A stretch of DNA of 33,554 nucleotides from an uncultured Candidatus Saccharibacteria bacterium (GCA_964408765.1 CAYPAR010000001.1:1-33554), one strand, 5' to 3'; shown: positions 15,792 to 25,049, counted from the stretch's first letter. A program made the numbers and translations. Notes: a model not told the origin generated them from the sequence alone.

Positions 15792-16763
15792 ATGTCAAGA
15801 ATTATCGATTCAATATTTAACTCATGGGGTAACAGTCTAATATCTAAATTACATAACTTAAATACTTTCTTCATTGAAATTAATTCTACTTGTAATCTAA
15901 ATTGTCAACATTGTTACATTCCTCAAGGAAGCAAAAACAAGGAATTACCACTAGAGAAAATAGAGGAAGTGTTGAAACAGATAAAAGAAGAATGGGGAAC
16001 AAGTGTTGGTATTGCTCTAACAGGAGGCGAACCTCTGTTACATAAATCTTTTGGGGAAATCGTAGAGTATCTTAAAAAGGAAGGTTTTGGATGGTCATTA
16101 GCAACTAACGGAATCTTCCTTAATGAAGATAATATTAAGAAATTGAAAAAGCTTAAATGTGGAGCAATCACTATTAGTATAGATGGAGACTATGACACAC
16201 ATACTAAACAGAGAGGCGAAAAGAGTCAATTAGACCATCTGATTAACAACATTAAGTTGTTGGTTTCAGAGGGCTTTTACAGTATATACATAACCTCTAC
16301 TATTCATAATGATAATGTTAAATCTTTAAAATTTTTAGGTGATTTAGTACTGAAGTTTGATAAAAAAGTTAAATGGAGAATTAACCCCCTACTTCATTGT
16401 GAAAATGCAGTACAGAATAATTTAAAAATATCTCCAAAGACATATGAGAAAATATGTAAGTTTCGGGAAGATTTTTTAGAGAAGAACAAAATTGACATTA
16501 TGATTGGAGAAAAGAACCCACTATCATTAAAAAACAAGGAGTATCTGTATAGTGATTTAGATTACTGCTTAGCTGGTATTACAACTTTTGGTGTTTTGGC
16601 TAATGGTGATATTGTTAACTGTATGATTTGTAGAGAAAAAACATTAGGCAATATTTACAAAGATTATTCTTTAGTTAAAATATGGGAAGAACAAAATCTT
16701 TCAAGAAAAGGCCTTTGTGAGAAACATTTGGAATCCAAGAATTCACTTTGGAAAGTAGCATAA
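15792..16763 (+). CDS. Radical SAM enzyme with a C-terminal SPASM/twitch-like auxiliary-cluster domain; substrate unknown
   Basis: 323 aa. It has the CNLNCQHCY (CxxxCxxC) motif, LTGGEPLL, and ITISIDG. The C-terminal segment CLAGITTFGVLANGDIVNCMICREKTLGNIYKDYSLVKIWEE matches the SPASM/twitch pattern C.aG....i..dG.v.pC....lGNi...sl..iW. Confidence 0.85.
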   Translation: MSRIIDSIFNSWGNSLISKLHNLNTFFIEINSTCNLNCQHCYIPQGSKNKELPLEKIEEVLKQIKEEWGTSVGIALTGGEPLLHKSFGEIVEYLKKEGFGWSLATNGIFLNEDNIKKLKKLKCGAITISIDGDYDTHTKQRGEKSQLDHLINNIKLLVSEGFYSIYITSTIHNDNVKSLKFLGDLVLKFDKKVKWRINPLLHCENAVQNNLKISPKTYEKICKFREDFLEKNKIDIMIGEKNPLSLKNKEYLYSDLDYCLAGITTFGVLANGDIVNCMICREKTLGNIYKDYSLVKIWEEQNLSRKGLCEKHLESKNSLWKVA

Positions 16764-16780
16764 AAACTAGGTATACCTCT

Positions 16781-17695
16781 TTAACCACAACCAATCTTAT
16801 AGTTAAAATCCTCCCTAACAAGGGTAATAAATTTACCAAATGGAGACAACCAAAACAACACAGGATAACTCTTCTCAAATTGTTCAAAAGTATAAGGGTT
16901 TTCATCATCTTGGGTAATCAAGTTATCCCATATTCCATAAGTCTCTATATAGTAATCATAGAGATCTCTTACCGTTTCTCTATCTTTATATTGATAAATT
17001 GGATCTCCATTGGATAATGTTCCCACCTTCTCTAAAGATGATGTTTCTAAATCTACAAGGTTTATCTTATGAGAACAAAGATTTAAATAGCTATAATTTG
17101 CTGAAAAATAATCATTTTCACTAATCTTAAGCCTTAACTGGTTAGATGAATTATAGAGTTCAGAACCAAATGGTGGTCTATATCTTAGAGTTGAATAAAT
17201 ACCATCTTTATTTTTTACATAAAAGAGACCTCCTTCGTTTTCTGTTAAGCTATATATATTATGACCTATTACAGTATCTACTATTTTTAAAGAATCCCCT
17301 GGGAAATTACTAAAAAGAGATAGATTCTTGTACTCATGTTTATTATCACTCTTAAAAACAGCTTCTCTCTCAAAGATAGGATCACTAAATATTCCTGAGG
17401 AATAATCTCTTACGAAAACAAAATTAGAATTGAACTCTCCATGTCGGTAAATTTGCATGAAGTGAGGATCTTGTTCAAGAACATATATTATATCTTCATT
17501 CCCATTATATATTATACGGGAATTAAACTCTGTTATAAAATAGGAAGAGCAACCAACTAGACTAGCTTCTGAGTCACCAATCATTCTAACAACACCTTGC
17601 CTTACAACACCTGTCTTGTAAACTTTATAAGAGTTATCTAGTTCTTCATCATAATCACCCCCATCTTCTTTTATATCAGTCATTTCGTTAAGCAT
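16781..17695 (-). CDS. Hypothetical cytoplasmic protein, last gene of the rpsO-pnp transcription unit
   Basis: 304-aa ORF with an ATG start, 31 nt downstream of pnp on the same strand. It has no signal peptide, no TM helix and no motif I recognise. It has an acidic N-terminus and a Tyr/Asn-rich composition. Confidence 0.65.
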   Translation of the reverse strand: MLNEMTDIKEDGGDYDEELDNSYKVYKTGVVRQGVVRMIGDSEASLVGCSSYFITEFNSRIIYNGNEDIIYVLEQDPHFMQIYRHGEFNSNFVFVRDYSSGIFSDPIFEREAVFKSDNKHEYKNLSLFSNFPGDSLKIVDTVIGHNIYSLTENEGGLFYVKNKDGIYSTLRYRPPFGSELYNSSNQLRLKISENDYFSANYSYLNLCSHKINLVDLETSSLEKVGTLSNGDPIYQYKDRETVRDLYDYYIETYGIWDNLITQDDENPYTFEQFEKSYPVLFWLSPFGKFITLVREDFNYKIGCG

Positions 17696-17726
17696 ACTTA
17701 AATATACATTAACAAAGAAACACTTT

Positions 17727-19805
17727 CTACTTTATCCCCTTAATACTCAACTTTATCTTCCCTGCTCTATCAATATCGATAATCTTCACCTTTATTATCT
17801 CCCCTTCATTAACAAATTTCTTAGGATCTTTTACAAAGCTATCTGCCATTTCAGAAACATGAAGAAGACCTGAGATACTTGGAGTTAAATCAACAAATGC
17901 ACCATATGGCATAATTGAAGCAACTTTACCTTCATAGATCTTCCCAACTTCAGGAACAAAGTTGTAAACGCTAATTACTTTTGATGCTTCATCTATTGAC
18001 TCTTGAGATGAACTATAGATATTAACTGTACCATCCTCATCTATCTCAATCTCTGCTCCTGTCTTTTCAGAAAGCTCTCTAATATTCTTTCCCCCTGGTC
18101 CAATAATTTCACCAATCTTGTCCACTGGAACTTTAATCTGTACAACTCTAGGTGCATACTGAGACATCTCTGCTCTAGGTTCTGCAATTGCCTCCTTCAT
18201 CTTTGCAATTACAATCTTTCTAGCTTCTTTAGATTGTGCAAATGTCTGTCTTACAACATCCATACTTAAACCTTTTGTTTTTGTATCCATCTGTACTGCA
18301 GTAACACCAGACTCTGTTCCAGTAATTTTGAAATCCATATCACCATAGAAGTCCTCTACACCCTGCATATCTGTAAGTACTTTGAATGTTCCGTCCTCAC
18401 CTGTAACCAAACCACAAGCAATACCTCCAACAACATCCTTGATTGGAACTCCTGCAGCCATCAGAGCCATAGAAGAACCACACGCTGAAGCCATAGAGCT
18501 AGAACCATTCTCACCTTGAATCTCACTCATTACTAACATTGTATATGGAAAATCTTCTTCTGATGGAATTACTGGCCACAAACCTTTCTCTGCCAACATG
18601 CCATGACCTATAGCCCTTCTGCTTGGCATTAACTTAACCCTATCAACATCACCATACGCAAATGGCAAATCATTGTAAAAATGCATATACCTCTGTTCTC
18701 TCTCACCCTCCATATCATCAACAAGTCTTACATCCCTAAGACTTCCTAAAGTAGCAATTGTTAATGTCTGAGTCACACCTCTAGTGAAAAGTGCAGAACC
18801 ATGAACTCTAGGGAGTAAATCAACTTCAGTTGCCATCTCTCTAATATCTGTAATTCCCCTACCATCAACCCTTTTATCTTCATCCAAAACAATCTTTCTT
18901 AACATCTTCTTCTGAAGTTTCTCGTATGCCTCACTTATAGCTGCCTTAGAGTACTTTCCTTCCAATTTAGCAAATAATTCCTCCCGACTCTCCTCATGCA
19001 TCTTCGCATCACCTGCCTCAAGATTTTTTCTAATTGTTTCTGCTCCTAACATCTCTTCTACTGCCACTACAACTTCATCTGCTAATCCTGCTGACTCATA
19101 TGCCTTATCCTTTGCTTCTAACTTCTTCATGAACTCTTCTTGGGGTTTAATCCACTTCTTCATCATTTCTAAAGATTCCTCCATAGCCTCTAAAATCTTC
19201 TCTTCTGAAACAATATGTGTACCTGCATCAATCATAGTAAATGTCTTTCCATCACCAGCTACAACATAGTTCATCTTTTCATCCTCTGATGTAAGATCTA
19301 TCGCTTTATACAGTGGAATAACTTCATCTCCATTCAAACCTAATCTAACTGCACCAATTGGTCCCTCAAAAGGAGCAAAGGAATTCATTAAAGCTACAGA
19401 TGTTGCATTAATTGCTAAAAGTGCAGGATCATTTTCACCATCATATGACATGACAGTAACAATTACACTTACCTCATCCTTGTAATCTTCAGGAAATCTT
19501 GGTCTAATTGACCTATCAATCATTCTTGCTTTAAGAATCGCATCATCACTTGGAAATCTCTCTCTCTTTACAAATCTAGATCCACTTATCTTTCCAGATG
19601 CATAGAATTTTTCAATATATTCTACTGAAAGAGGAAAATAGTCACTCTCTCCATCTGATTTCTTTGAGTTAACATTCACTGTAATAACAGTATCTCCCAT
19701 TCTTGCAAGAATAGAGGATTGAGATTTTAATGCTAGTTTCCCTGCTTCAAAGGAACATTTTCTACCATCTATCTCAAACTCATGTTTAATTTCTTTAAAC
19801 AACAT
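17727..19805 (-). CDS. pnp: Polyribonucleotide nucleotidyltransferase (PNPase)
   Basis: 692 aa with two RNase PH-like halves (..DGRKCSFEAGKLA.., ..VDGRGITDIR..LPRVHGSALFTRG). It has a KH motif (IGPGGKNIRELSEKTGAEI) and an S1 domain (GKIYEGKVASIMPYGAFVDL). It shows the canonical rpsO-pnp linkage. Confidence 0.97.
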   Translation of the reverse strand: MLFKEIKHEFEIDGRKCSFEAGKLALKSQSSILARMGDTVITVNVNSKKSDGESDYFPLSVEYIEKFYASGKISGSRFVKRERFPSDDAILKARMIDRSIRPRFPEDYKDEVSVIVTVMSYDGENDPALLAINATSVALMNSFAPFEGPIGAVRLGLNGDEVIPLYKAIDLTSEDEKMNYVVAGDGKTFTMIDAGTHIVSEEKILEAMEESLEMMKKWIKPQEEFMKKLEAKDKAYESAGLADEVVVAVEEMLGAETIRKNLEAGDAKMHEESREELFAKLEGKYSKAAISEAYEKLQKKMLRKIVLDEDKRVDGRGITDIREMATEVDLLPRVHGSALFTRGVTQTLTIATLGSLRDVRLVDDMEGEREQRYMHFYNDLPFAYGDVDRVKLMPSRRAIGHGMLAEKGLWPVIPSEEDFPYTMLVMSEIQGENGSSSMASACGSSMALMAAGVPIKDVVGGIACGLVTGEDGTFKVLTDMQGVEDFYGDMDFKITGTESGVTAVQMDTKTKGLSMDVVRQTFAQSKEARKIVIAKMKEAIAEPRAEMSQYAPRVVQIKVPVDKIGEIIGPGGKNIRELSEKTGAEIEIDEDGTVNIYSSSQESIDEASKVISVYNFVPEVGKIYEGKVASIMPYGAFVDLTPSISGLLHVSEMADSFVKDPKKFVNEGEIIKVKIIDIDRAGKIKLSIKGIK

Positions 19806-19904
19806 TATTTTAATTATTTAATTTATATACAAAAATATTTAGCCTTAAAAAGACTACTGTATTTTAATGGGAAAGTTTTTACAAAGGAAGAGGGAAAGAA
19901 AAGA

Positions 19905-20168
19905 CTATATCTTTAGCTTTTTTGCTAAAGCATTATACCTTTCCTCTTCGCTATCTTTAAGATATTGAAGCAATCTTCTCCTCTTACCTACAATTTGAAG
20001 TAAACCTCTTCTGGAGTGATTGTCTTTTTTATGAACCTTTAAGTGTTCGGTAAGTTCGTCTATCTGTTTAGTTAACAAAGCAATCTGAACTTCTGGTGAA
20101 CCAGTGTCACCTTCGTGAAGTGCAAATTTCTTTACTACTTGTGCTTTTTCTTCTGTATTTAATGCCAT
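19905..20168 (-). CDS. rpsO: 30S ribosomal protein S15
   Basis: 87 aa. [51 protein letters not shown] is the typical S15 sequence. Confidence 0.97.
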   Translation of the reverse strand: MALNTEEKAQVVKKFALHEGDTGSPEVQIALLTKQIDELTEHLKVHKKDNHSRRGLLQIVGKRRRLLQYLKDSEEERYNALAKKLKI

Positions 20169-20232
20169 ATATATTAACAGGTTATCATTATATATTAATA
20201 ATTACAAGGGATTTTCCTGTTGTGTAAGCAAT

Positions 20233-20262
20233 ATTGTACTATACTTATAGGCTATATGTCAA
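20233..20262 (-). promoter_or_regulatory. Candidate sigma-70-type promoter for rpsO-pnp: -35 TTGACA, 18-nt spacer, -10 TACAAT
   Basis: On the minus strand the -35 TTGACA is at 20262..20257 and the -10 TACAAT is at 20238..20233. It sits about 65 nt upstream of the rpsO ATG (20168) and just downstream of the RuBisCO stop (20272). A perfect -35 hexamer is uncommon in DNA this AT-rich. Confidence 0.45.
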
Positions 20263-20271
20263 CAAATATAT

Positions 20272-21696
20272 TTACATGACAGGTTTATCCTCATCTGCTT
20301 CAGAAGTACTCTCTATTTTTTTCTTTCCATAGAATTCAATTGCTAACCTCAATTCCTCTTTATCCTGAGCATATTCTTCTAGAGGAATCTTTTGCACCCA
20401 TGCATCATATGCTTGTAATACTGCTGTTGCACCAGCTTTTGTACCCATTGGATGAGAATGTACTCCACCACCCATTGTTGTTATAAAGTCTTGTGTTCCA
20501 ATAACATCTAGGAACTTTCCGATAAGGGTGGGATTTAGACCTCCTGAGATAATAGGAGCAGTCTTTTTAACCATTCTCCAATATCCAAAATCAGAATAGT
20601 CTTCTCCTTCTTGTTCTTTCTTAATTGCATCTACCAAATCTGTATCTTTCTCTGGTATTTCAGACCATATTTGATTAAAGAAATCACCTTTTGAGAAGAG
20701 TCTCAAAGCATGATTTGCAGCCATGATATCTTCTTTTGGAGATCCTGCCATTTTACCAACACCAGCTGTTCCTGTATGAATACCTGATGCTCCTGCTAAT
20801 CTTGCAAATTTTGTTAAGACAGGAACTGTAAAACCAAATGGAGCTTCTTCTCTTGTAAATGCACCATGTCCAGCTCTATGAAAATGTAAGAATACATCTG
20901 GATATCGCCTCCTAACTGTTTGTACCGCCATCCAGCCAGCAGTTATTCCATCTACCAAGAATGCATAGCTATTCGGCTTCATTATTGATTGAATTAAACC
21001 TGCTCTTTCTATCATTGTATCAAAGTTAGCTGAAGAGATATTAAAGGAATGTACTTTTGTTTTACCTGTTTCTTCCTCTACTCTGTCCATTGCTAATCTA
21101 ACATCTCTGACCATGAACTCAAAAGGTGCAAAATCTTGATCTGCTTGGGGTTCATCGTTTTTTACAAAATCACCACCACCTGACCAGAAGTCATAACAAA
21201 CCTCTGCGTATTCTGAAGATGTTAGCCCTATTTTTGGTTTAATGATAGTTCCAAAGATAGGTCTTTTCTCAATACCTAGATACTTTCTCATATCATCTAT
21301 TGTGTAATTTGGACCATCATATTGCACAAGCATCTGAGGAGGAAAATATACATCTAGTAGTTTGCACACCTTTACACTACTCATACCAAAGACATTTCCG
21401 GCAATAAAGGTCATAATATTTTGGACATTTCCACCTCGGTCAAAAATCCTCCATGGATATGCTATCCAAGCAAGGTTTTGTTCTTCATCTACTCTATACA
21501 CTACTGCATTCATACTCTCTGAGAACGAAGTAGATATCTTGATTTTAACATTTGAACCAGTAGAAGACTCTGCTGCTACTTCACTAGCTATGTCTTCAAC
21601 AGTAATACCTTCATCTCCTTTTACCCTAAAAACTGCAAGAAGGTATTGTCCATTGAAAACATCCTGATTACCTATTTGGATGTATTGTTTTTGCAT
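20272..21696 (-). CDS. rbcL: Ribulose-1,5-bisphosphate carboxylase/oxygenase large subunit, form II/III-like (bona fide RuBisCO, not an RLP)
   Basis: 474 aa. The conserved active-site blocks are present: AAESSTGS, AGNVFG, IIKPKIG, GGDFVKNDEPQ (carbamylated Lys = K179), LHFHRAGHG, GIHTGTAGVGKMAG, PIISGGL and MGGGVHSHPMG. The segment between GKMAG and PIISGG is 62 aa long. Confidence 0.93.
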   Translation of the reverse strand: MQKQYIQIGNQDVFNGQYLLAVFRVKGDEGITVEDIASEVAAESSTGSNVKIKISTSFSESMNAVVYRVDEEQNLAWIAYPWRIFDRGGNVQNIMTFIAGNVFGMSSVKVCKLLDVYFPPQMLVQYDGPNYTIDDMRKYLGIEKRPIFGTIIKPKIGLTSSEYAEVCYDFWSGGGDFVKNDEPQADQDFAPFEFMVRDVRLAMDRVEEETGKTKVHSFNISSANFDTMIERAGLIQSIMKPNSYAFLVDGITAGWMAVQTVRRRYPDVFLHFHRAGHGAFTREEAPFGFTVPVLTKFARLAGASGIHTGTAGVGKMAGSPKEDIMAANHALRLFSKGDFFNQIWSEIPEKDTDLVDAIKKEQEGEDYSDFGYWRMVKKTAPIISGGLNPTLIGKFLDVIGTQDFITTMGGGVHSHPMGTKAGATAVLQAYDAWVQKIPLEEYAQDKEELRLAIEFYGKKKIESTSEADEDKPVM

Positions 21697-21772
21697 ATCT
21701 AGGCAGATTTACATTAATCATATCTAAGAATATACCTTTCCTAAGTGGAAGTCTAGGATTACAGACAAATTA

Positions 21773-22111
21773 CTATCTTTTCACTCTTGCAATTAGTTCC
21801 TGGGCTAATAGTTCGAAATCTTTATTTTGTAGCCATCCAAACCTTACTATGTTCTTATCAACCGCATCGCCAGACTTAAGCCCTGGTTTATTACCACTCT
21901 CACTTGAATATGTATCAATTTGAATATAGCCGTTGTTAAGAATTGGAAAAGATTTCGTAATTTCTACACCTGATATTGCAGAATATGCTATCAATTTCTC
22001 GCTAAGAAAATTTCCCTTACCAATAATGCTCCCAACAATACCTGGTTTTATCCTTACACCATTTTCTTCTAAATAAATAGTTGCTGTTAAACCATAAAAA
22101 ACTTCTTGCAT
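21773..22111 (-). CDS. Hypothetical small protein (possibly a bacterial PH-like fold), located between infB and RuBisCO
   Basis: 112-aa ORF with an ATG start, on the same strand as its neighbours. It has no TM helix or signal peptide. The pattern TIYLEENGVRIKPG...IAYSAISGVEITKS...NGYIQIDT loosely resembles bPH/DUF4429-type domains, but this assignment has low confidence. Confidence 0.55.
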   Translation of the reverse strand: MQEVFYGLTATIYLEENGVRIKPGIVGSIIGKGNFLSEKLIAYSAISGVEITKSFPILNNGYIQIDTYSSESGNKPGLKSGDAVDKNIVRFGWLQNKDFELLAQELIARVKR

Positions 22112-22183
22112 GTTTGTATAAAATATAAATTAGTTTATTAAACTAATTTAACATATATTATGAAATCATGGAATTGCTACATA

Positions 22184-23737
22184 CTATATTTTCTTATAGC
22201 AATAGATACTATCTCCTTCCTTAGCTTCTATTGTATCAACTAACTGTATACCACATTCAAAACCATTTTTAACTTCATTTACCTGATCTTTGTTAATTCT
22301 CAAACTCTTTATCTTACTCTCACCAATTATCTCATCATTTCTTACAACATATACCTTACAATCTCTTTTTAACATCCCTTTATCTACCTTACTTCCTAAA
22401 ACCTTTGAACCATCTGAGAGGACAAAAATTGTTTTTACTGTTGCATTACCTATCTCTTCTTCTGTCTCTTGTGGTAAAGACATCGCTACAAGAGCTTCTT
22501 TAATCTCTTCAAAGATTCTGTAAATAATATCATAGGTTTTTACCAACACCTTATTCTTCTTGGCATAATCAGCAACACCCGCTTCTATCTGTACTTCAAA
22601 ACCAAGAATAATAGCTTTTGAAAGCATGGCAAACTCAACATCCTTCAATGTAATATTTCCAACACCTGAATCCAAGATTTTTACTGAGAAATCATCCTCC
22701 ACAATCTTCTCTAATGTATTCTTTATAGCTTCTAAAGAACCTTCTGAAGAGCTCTTTATAATCACATTCAACGAACCACCCTCTTCATTTTCCTCCTCAT
22801 TGGGAGCAAAGAAATCTTCAAAACTAAATTCCTCTTTCTTTTTTTCCTCCTCTTCTTTTATCTTCAACACCGATTCTAAAAGCCCTTTATCATTCTTTTC
22901 TAAAATATATCCTTCTGTACCAAGATCAAGAAGATTTGAAAGACCAATAATTTTACCTCCACAACCACATTCAAGAGAACAGAGATTTCCTCCATCCTCT
23001 GTAATTAAACCCTTAATTTTCTCAATGTAAAGTTTTTCATTAAACTTGTAACCAAACCAATTACCTTGACAGAGATTACCCTGAATCAGAACGACTGAAG
23101 AAACATTACCCTTAGATTTATCTTTTACCGATTCTAAGATAAATGCTTTGCCTGAGATTCCTTCTGGCAATTTAATATCTTCTCTTAAACCTTCAACTTC
23201 TGAAACCAAAAGAATCAAATCTAAAAGTTCTTTGATTCCTACACCTGTTTTGGCTGAAACTTCAATAACTGGAATTGTTCCTCCAAAACCTTCAATCTGC
23301 AGACCATTACTTACAATATCTCTCTTTACTTTCTCTATGTTAATATTTGGTAAATCAACCTTGTTAATGACAACAATCGGTTTTACATTTGATGCGTTAA
23401 TGATTTCAATAGATTCTTTTGTCTGAGGTTGAACACCATCATTGGCAGCAACAATTAACAGAACAATATCTGCAATAGCTCCTCCTCTTGACCTCATTAA
23501 ATCAAAAGCTTCATGTCCTGGTGTATCAACAAAGGTTATCTCTTGATCTTTTCCTGGAATTTGAACTGTAAATACAGATACTTTTTGAGTAATACCACCT
23601 GCTTCAGAGCTTTGGACATCAGCCTCCCTTATTCTATCAAGAATAGTTGTTTTACCATGGTCGACATGGCCAAGAATAGTGACAACTGGTGTTCTTGACT
23701 TACCCTTTTTAATTGTACTTTTAGTACTCTTAGCCAT
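22184..23737 (-). CDS. infB: Translation initiation factor IF-2 (compact form that starts at the G domain)
   Basis: 517 aa. It has G1 [10 protein letters not shown]3 DTPGHEAF and G4 NKVD, with C-terminal IF-2 domains. It lies 21 nt downstream of nusA, the canonical linkage. Confidence 0.95.
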   Translation of the reverse strand: MAKSTKSTIKKGKSRTPVVTILGHVDHGKTTILDRIREADVQSSEAGGITQKVSVFTVQIPGKDQEITFVDTPGHEAFDLMRSRGGAIADIVLLIVAANDGVQPQTKESIEIINASNVKPIVVINKVDLPNINIEKVKRDIVSNGLQIEGFGGTIPVIEVSAKTGVGIKELLDLILLVSEVEGLREDIKLPEGISGKAFILESVKDKSKGNVSSVVLIQGNLCQGNWFGYKFNEKLYIEKIKGLITEDGGNLCSLECGCGGKIIGLSNLLDLGTEGYILEKNDKGLLESVLKIKEEEEKKKEEFSFEDFFAPNEEENEEGGSLNVIIKSSSEGSLEAIKNTLEKIVEDDFSVKILDSGVGNITLKDVEFAMLSKAIILGFEVQIEAGVADYAKKNKVLVKTYDIIYRIFEEIKEALVAMSLPQETEEEIGNATVKTIFVLSDGSKVLGSKVDKGMLKRDCKVYVVRNDEIIGESKIKSLRINKDQVNEVKNGFECGIQLVDTIEAKEGDSIYCYKKI

Positions 23738-23758
23738 TTAACTATGTTGTTATATAAA

Positions 23759-24931
23759 TTACTCTTCCTTTGGACTTTCATCTTCTTTTGGTTTTACTTC
23801 TTCTACTTCTTCCTCAACAACCTCTTCTTTAACCTCTTCATCTTTCTTTTCCTCTGTTTGTTCTTCAACTTTCTCTTCCTTTTCAAGTGCATCTGGATCT
23901 GCAGGTAAGATATCAATCTTGTATCCCGTTAATTTCCATGCAAGTCTTACATTCTGACCTTCTCTACCAATTGCTAATGAAAGCTGATCATTTGGTACTG
24001 TAACTGTTGCTGTATCACCTTCTACTTTGACATCATCTATCTTTGCAGGACTTAATGAATTTGCAATGAACTTTTCAATATCTTCATCCCATTCAATGAT
24101 GTCTATCTTTTCTTCTCCTAACTCATTCATTACATTCGCAATTCTAACTCCTCTTTGACCAACACATGATCCAATTGCATCAACGCCATCCTGATGAGAA
24201 ACTACTGCCATTTTACTTCTAGAACCAGCTTCTCTTGCTACACCTTTAACTTCAAGTACTCCTGACTCTATCTCTGGTACTTCTAATTTAAAAAGACCAA
24301 TTAAGAAATTAGGATCTGATCTAGAAACAACCATCTGTGAGTCAACAATATCTTTTAGTAAAACTTTATACCTATCACCTAATCTGTAAAACTCATTAGA
24401 AATCTGCTCCTCTTGTGGCATATATGCTGTAGCCTTACCCACTTCAAAAACAACTTGACCTTTTTGCATTCTCTGCATTAAAGCTGTAAATATCTCACCA
24501 ACCTTGTCACTATACTCACTGATAACAGCTTCTTTCTCAGATTCTCTAATTTTCTGTAAAATCACCTGTTTTGCTGTTTGAGCTGCAATTCTTCCAAAAT
24601 CTTCAGAAGGCATTTCTATTTGTATAGAGTCACCAACCTCAATATTAGGAGAAATCATCTCTGCTTCGGAGAGAGAGATTTCCTTCTCTGCATCCTTAAC
24701 TTTCTCAACAACCTCTTTAGATGCAATTAATTTAAATTCTCCACTCTCTCTATTTAACTCTACAGACCAGTTAGAAAGTTCATCTTCTTCAGGAACTTCA
24801 AGACCGTATCTCTCTTTTTTGTATGCAACCAATATTGCCTCTTCTAGAGCAACAAAAATCTCCTCTTTATCTATACCTCTTTCAGCTGCAATTTGATTAA
24901 TAGCTGCTATAAACTCGGATGTCATTGACAT
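23759..24931 (-). CDS. nusA: Transcription termination/antitermination factor NusA (with an acidic E/K-rich tail in place of AR1/AR2 repeats)
   Basis: 390 aa. It has an N-terminal RNAP-binding domain, an S1-like region, and KH motifs (GSCVGQRGVRIANV, LAIGREGQNVRLAWKLTG). The tail is EKEEKVEEQTEEKKDEEVKEEVVEEEVEEVKPKEDESPKEE. Confidence 0.95.
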   Translation of the reverse strand: MSMTSEFIAAINQIAAERGIDKEEIFVALEEAILVAYKKERYGLEVPEEDELSNWSVELNRESGEFKLIASKEVVEKVKDAEKEISLSEAEMISPNIEVGDSIQIEMPSEDFGRIAAQTAKQVILQKIRESEKEAVISEYSDKVGEIFTALMQRMQKGQVVFEVGKATAYMPQEEQISNEFYRLGDRYKVLLKDIVDSQMVVSRSDPNFLIGLFKLEVPEIESGVLEVKGVAREAGSRSKMAVVSHQDGVDAIGSCVGQRGVRIANVMNELGEEKIDIIEWDEDIEKFIANSLSPAKIDDVKVEGDTATVTVPNDQLSLAIGREGQNVRLAWKLTGYKIDILPADPDALEKEEKVEEQTEEKKDEEVKEEVVEEEVEEVKPKEDESPKEE

Positions 24932-24962
24932 GATTAGTAATAATTACAAATATTATGTATAC

Positions 24963-24991
24963 ATTTTACCGTTTTAACGGGGAAAATACAA
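24963..24991 (-). promoter_or_regulatory. Weak candidate promoter for nusA-infB: -35 TTGTAT, 17-nt spacer, -10 TAAAAT
   Basis: On the minus strand TTGTAT is at 24991..24986 and TAAAAT is at 24968..24963. It lies about 32 nt upstream of the nusA ATG and downstream of the dnaJ terminator. Such matches occur by chance in AT-rich DNA. Confidence 0.3.
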
Positions 24992-25022
24992 CTTTAGGAT
25001 GTTTTTCTAAAACATTGTTTCT

Positions 25023-25049
25023 AAAAAAAAGGTGAGTCTTATCCTCACC
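25023..25049 (-). terminator. Rho-independent terminator downstream of dnaJ
   Basis: The minus-strand RNA reads GGUGAG-GAUAAGA-CUCACC followed by UUUUUUUU (plus strand: aaaaaaaa ggtgag tcttatc ctcacc). It lies 65 nt after the dnaJ stop. The stem is GC-rich against an AT-rich background. Confidence 0.55.

Noticed and set aside
15792-16763. MoaA (molybdenum cofactor biosynthesis) as the identity of the radical SAM protein, given its similar length
   Set aside because: The C-terminus fits the SPASM/twitch pattern (C.aG....dG.v..C....lGNi...W). It does not fit the MoaA CxxCx13C/GG-tail pattern. No other Moco genes are nearby.
20272-21696. RuBisCO-like protein (form IV, non-carboxylating)
   Set aside because: The carbamylated Lys (DFVKNDE), KPK, HFHRAGHG, GKMAG loop 6, AAESSTG and GNVFG blocks are all intact. 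RLPs substitute several of these.
22127-22149. 10-bp stem, 3-nt loop inverted repeat AAATTAGTTT-ATT-AAACTAATTT between infB and the 112-aa gene
   Set aside because: The stem is almost pure A/T with a single G-C pair and has no following U-tract. It is easily produced by chance in DNA this AT-rich, so I do not call it a terminator or operator.
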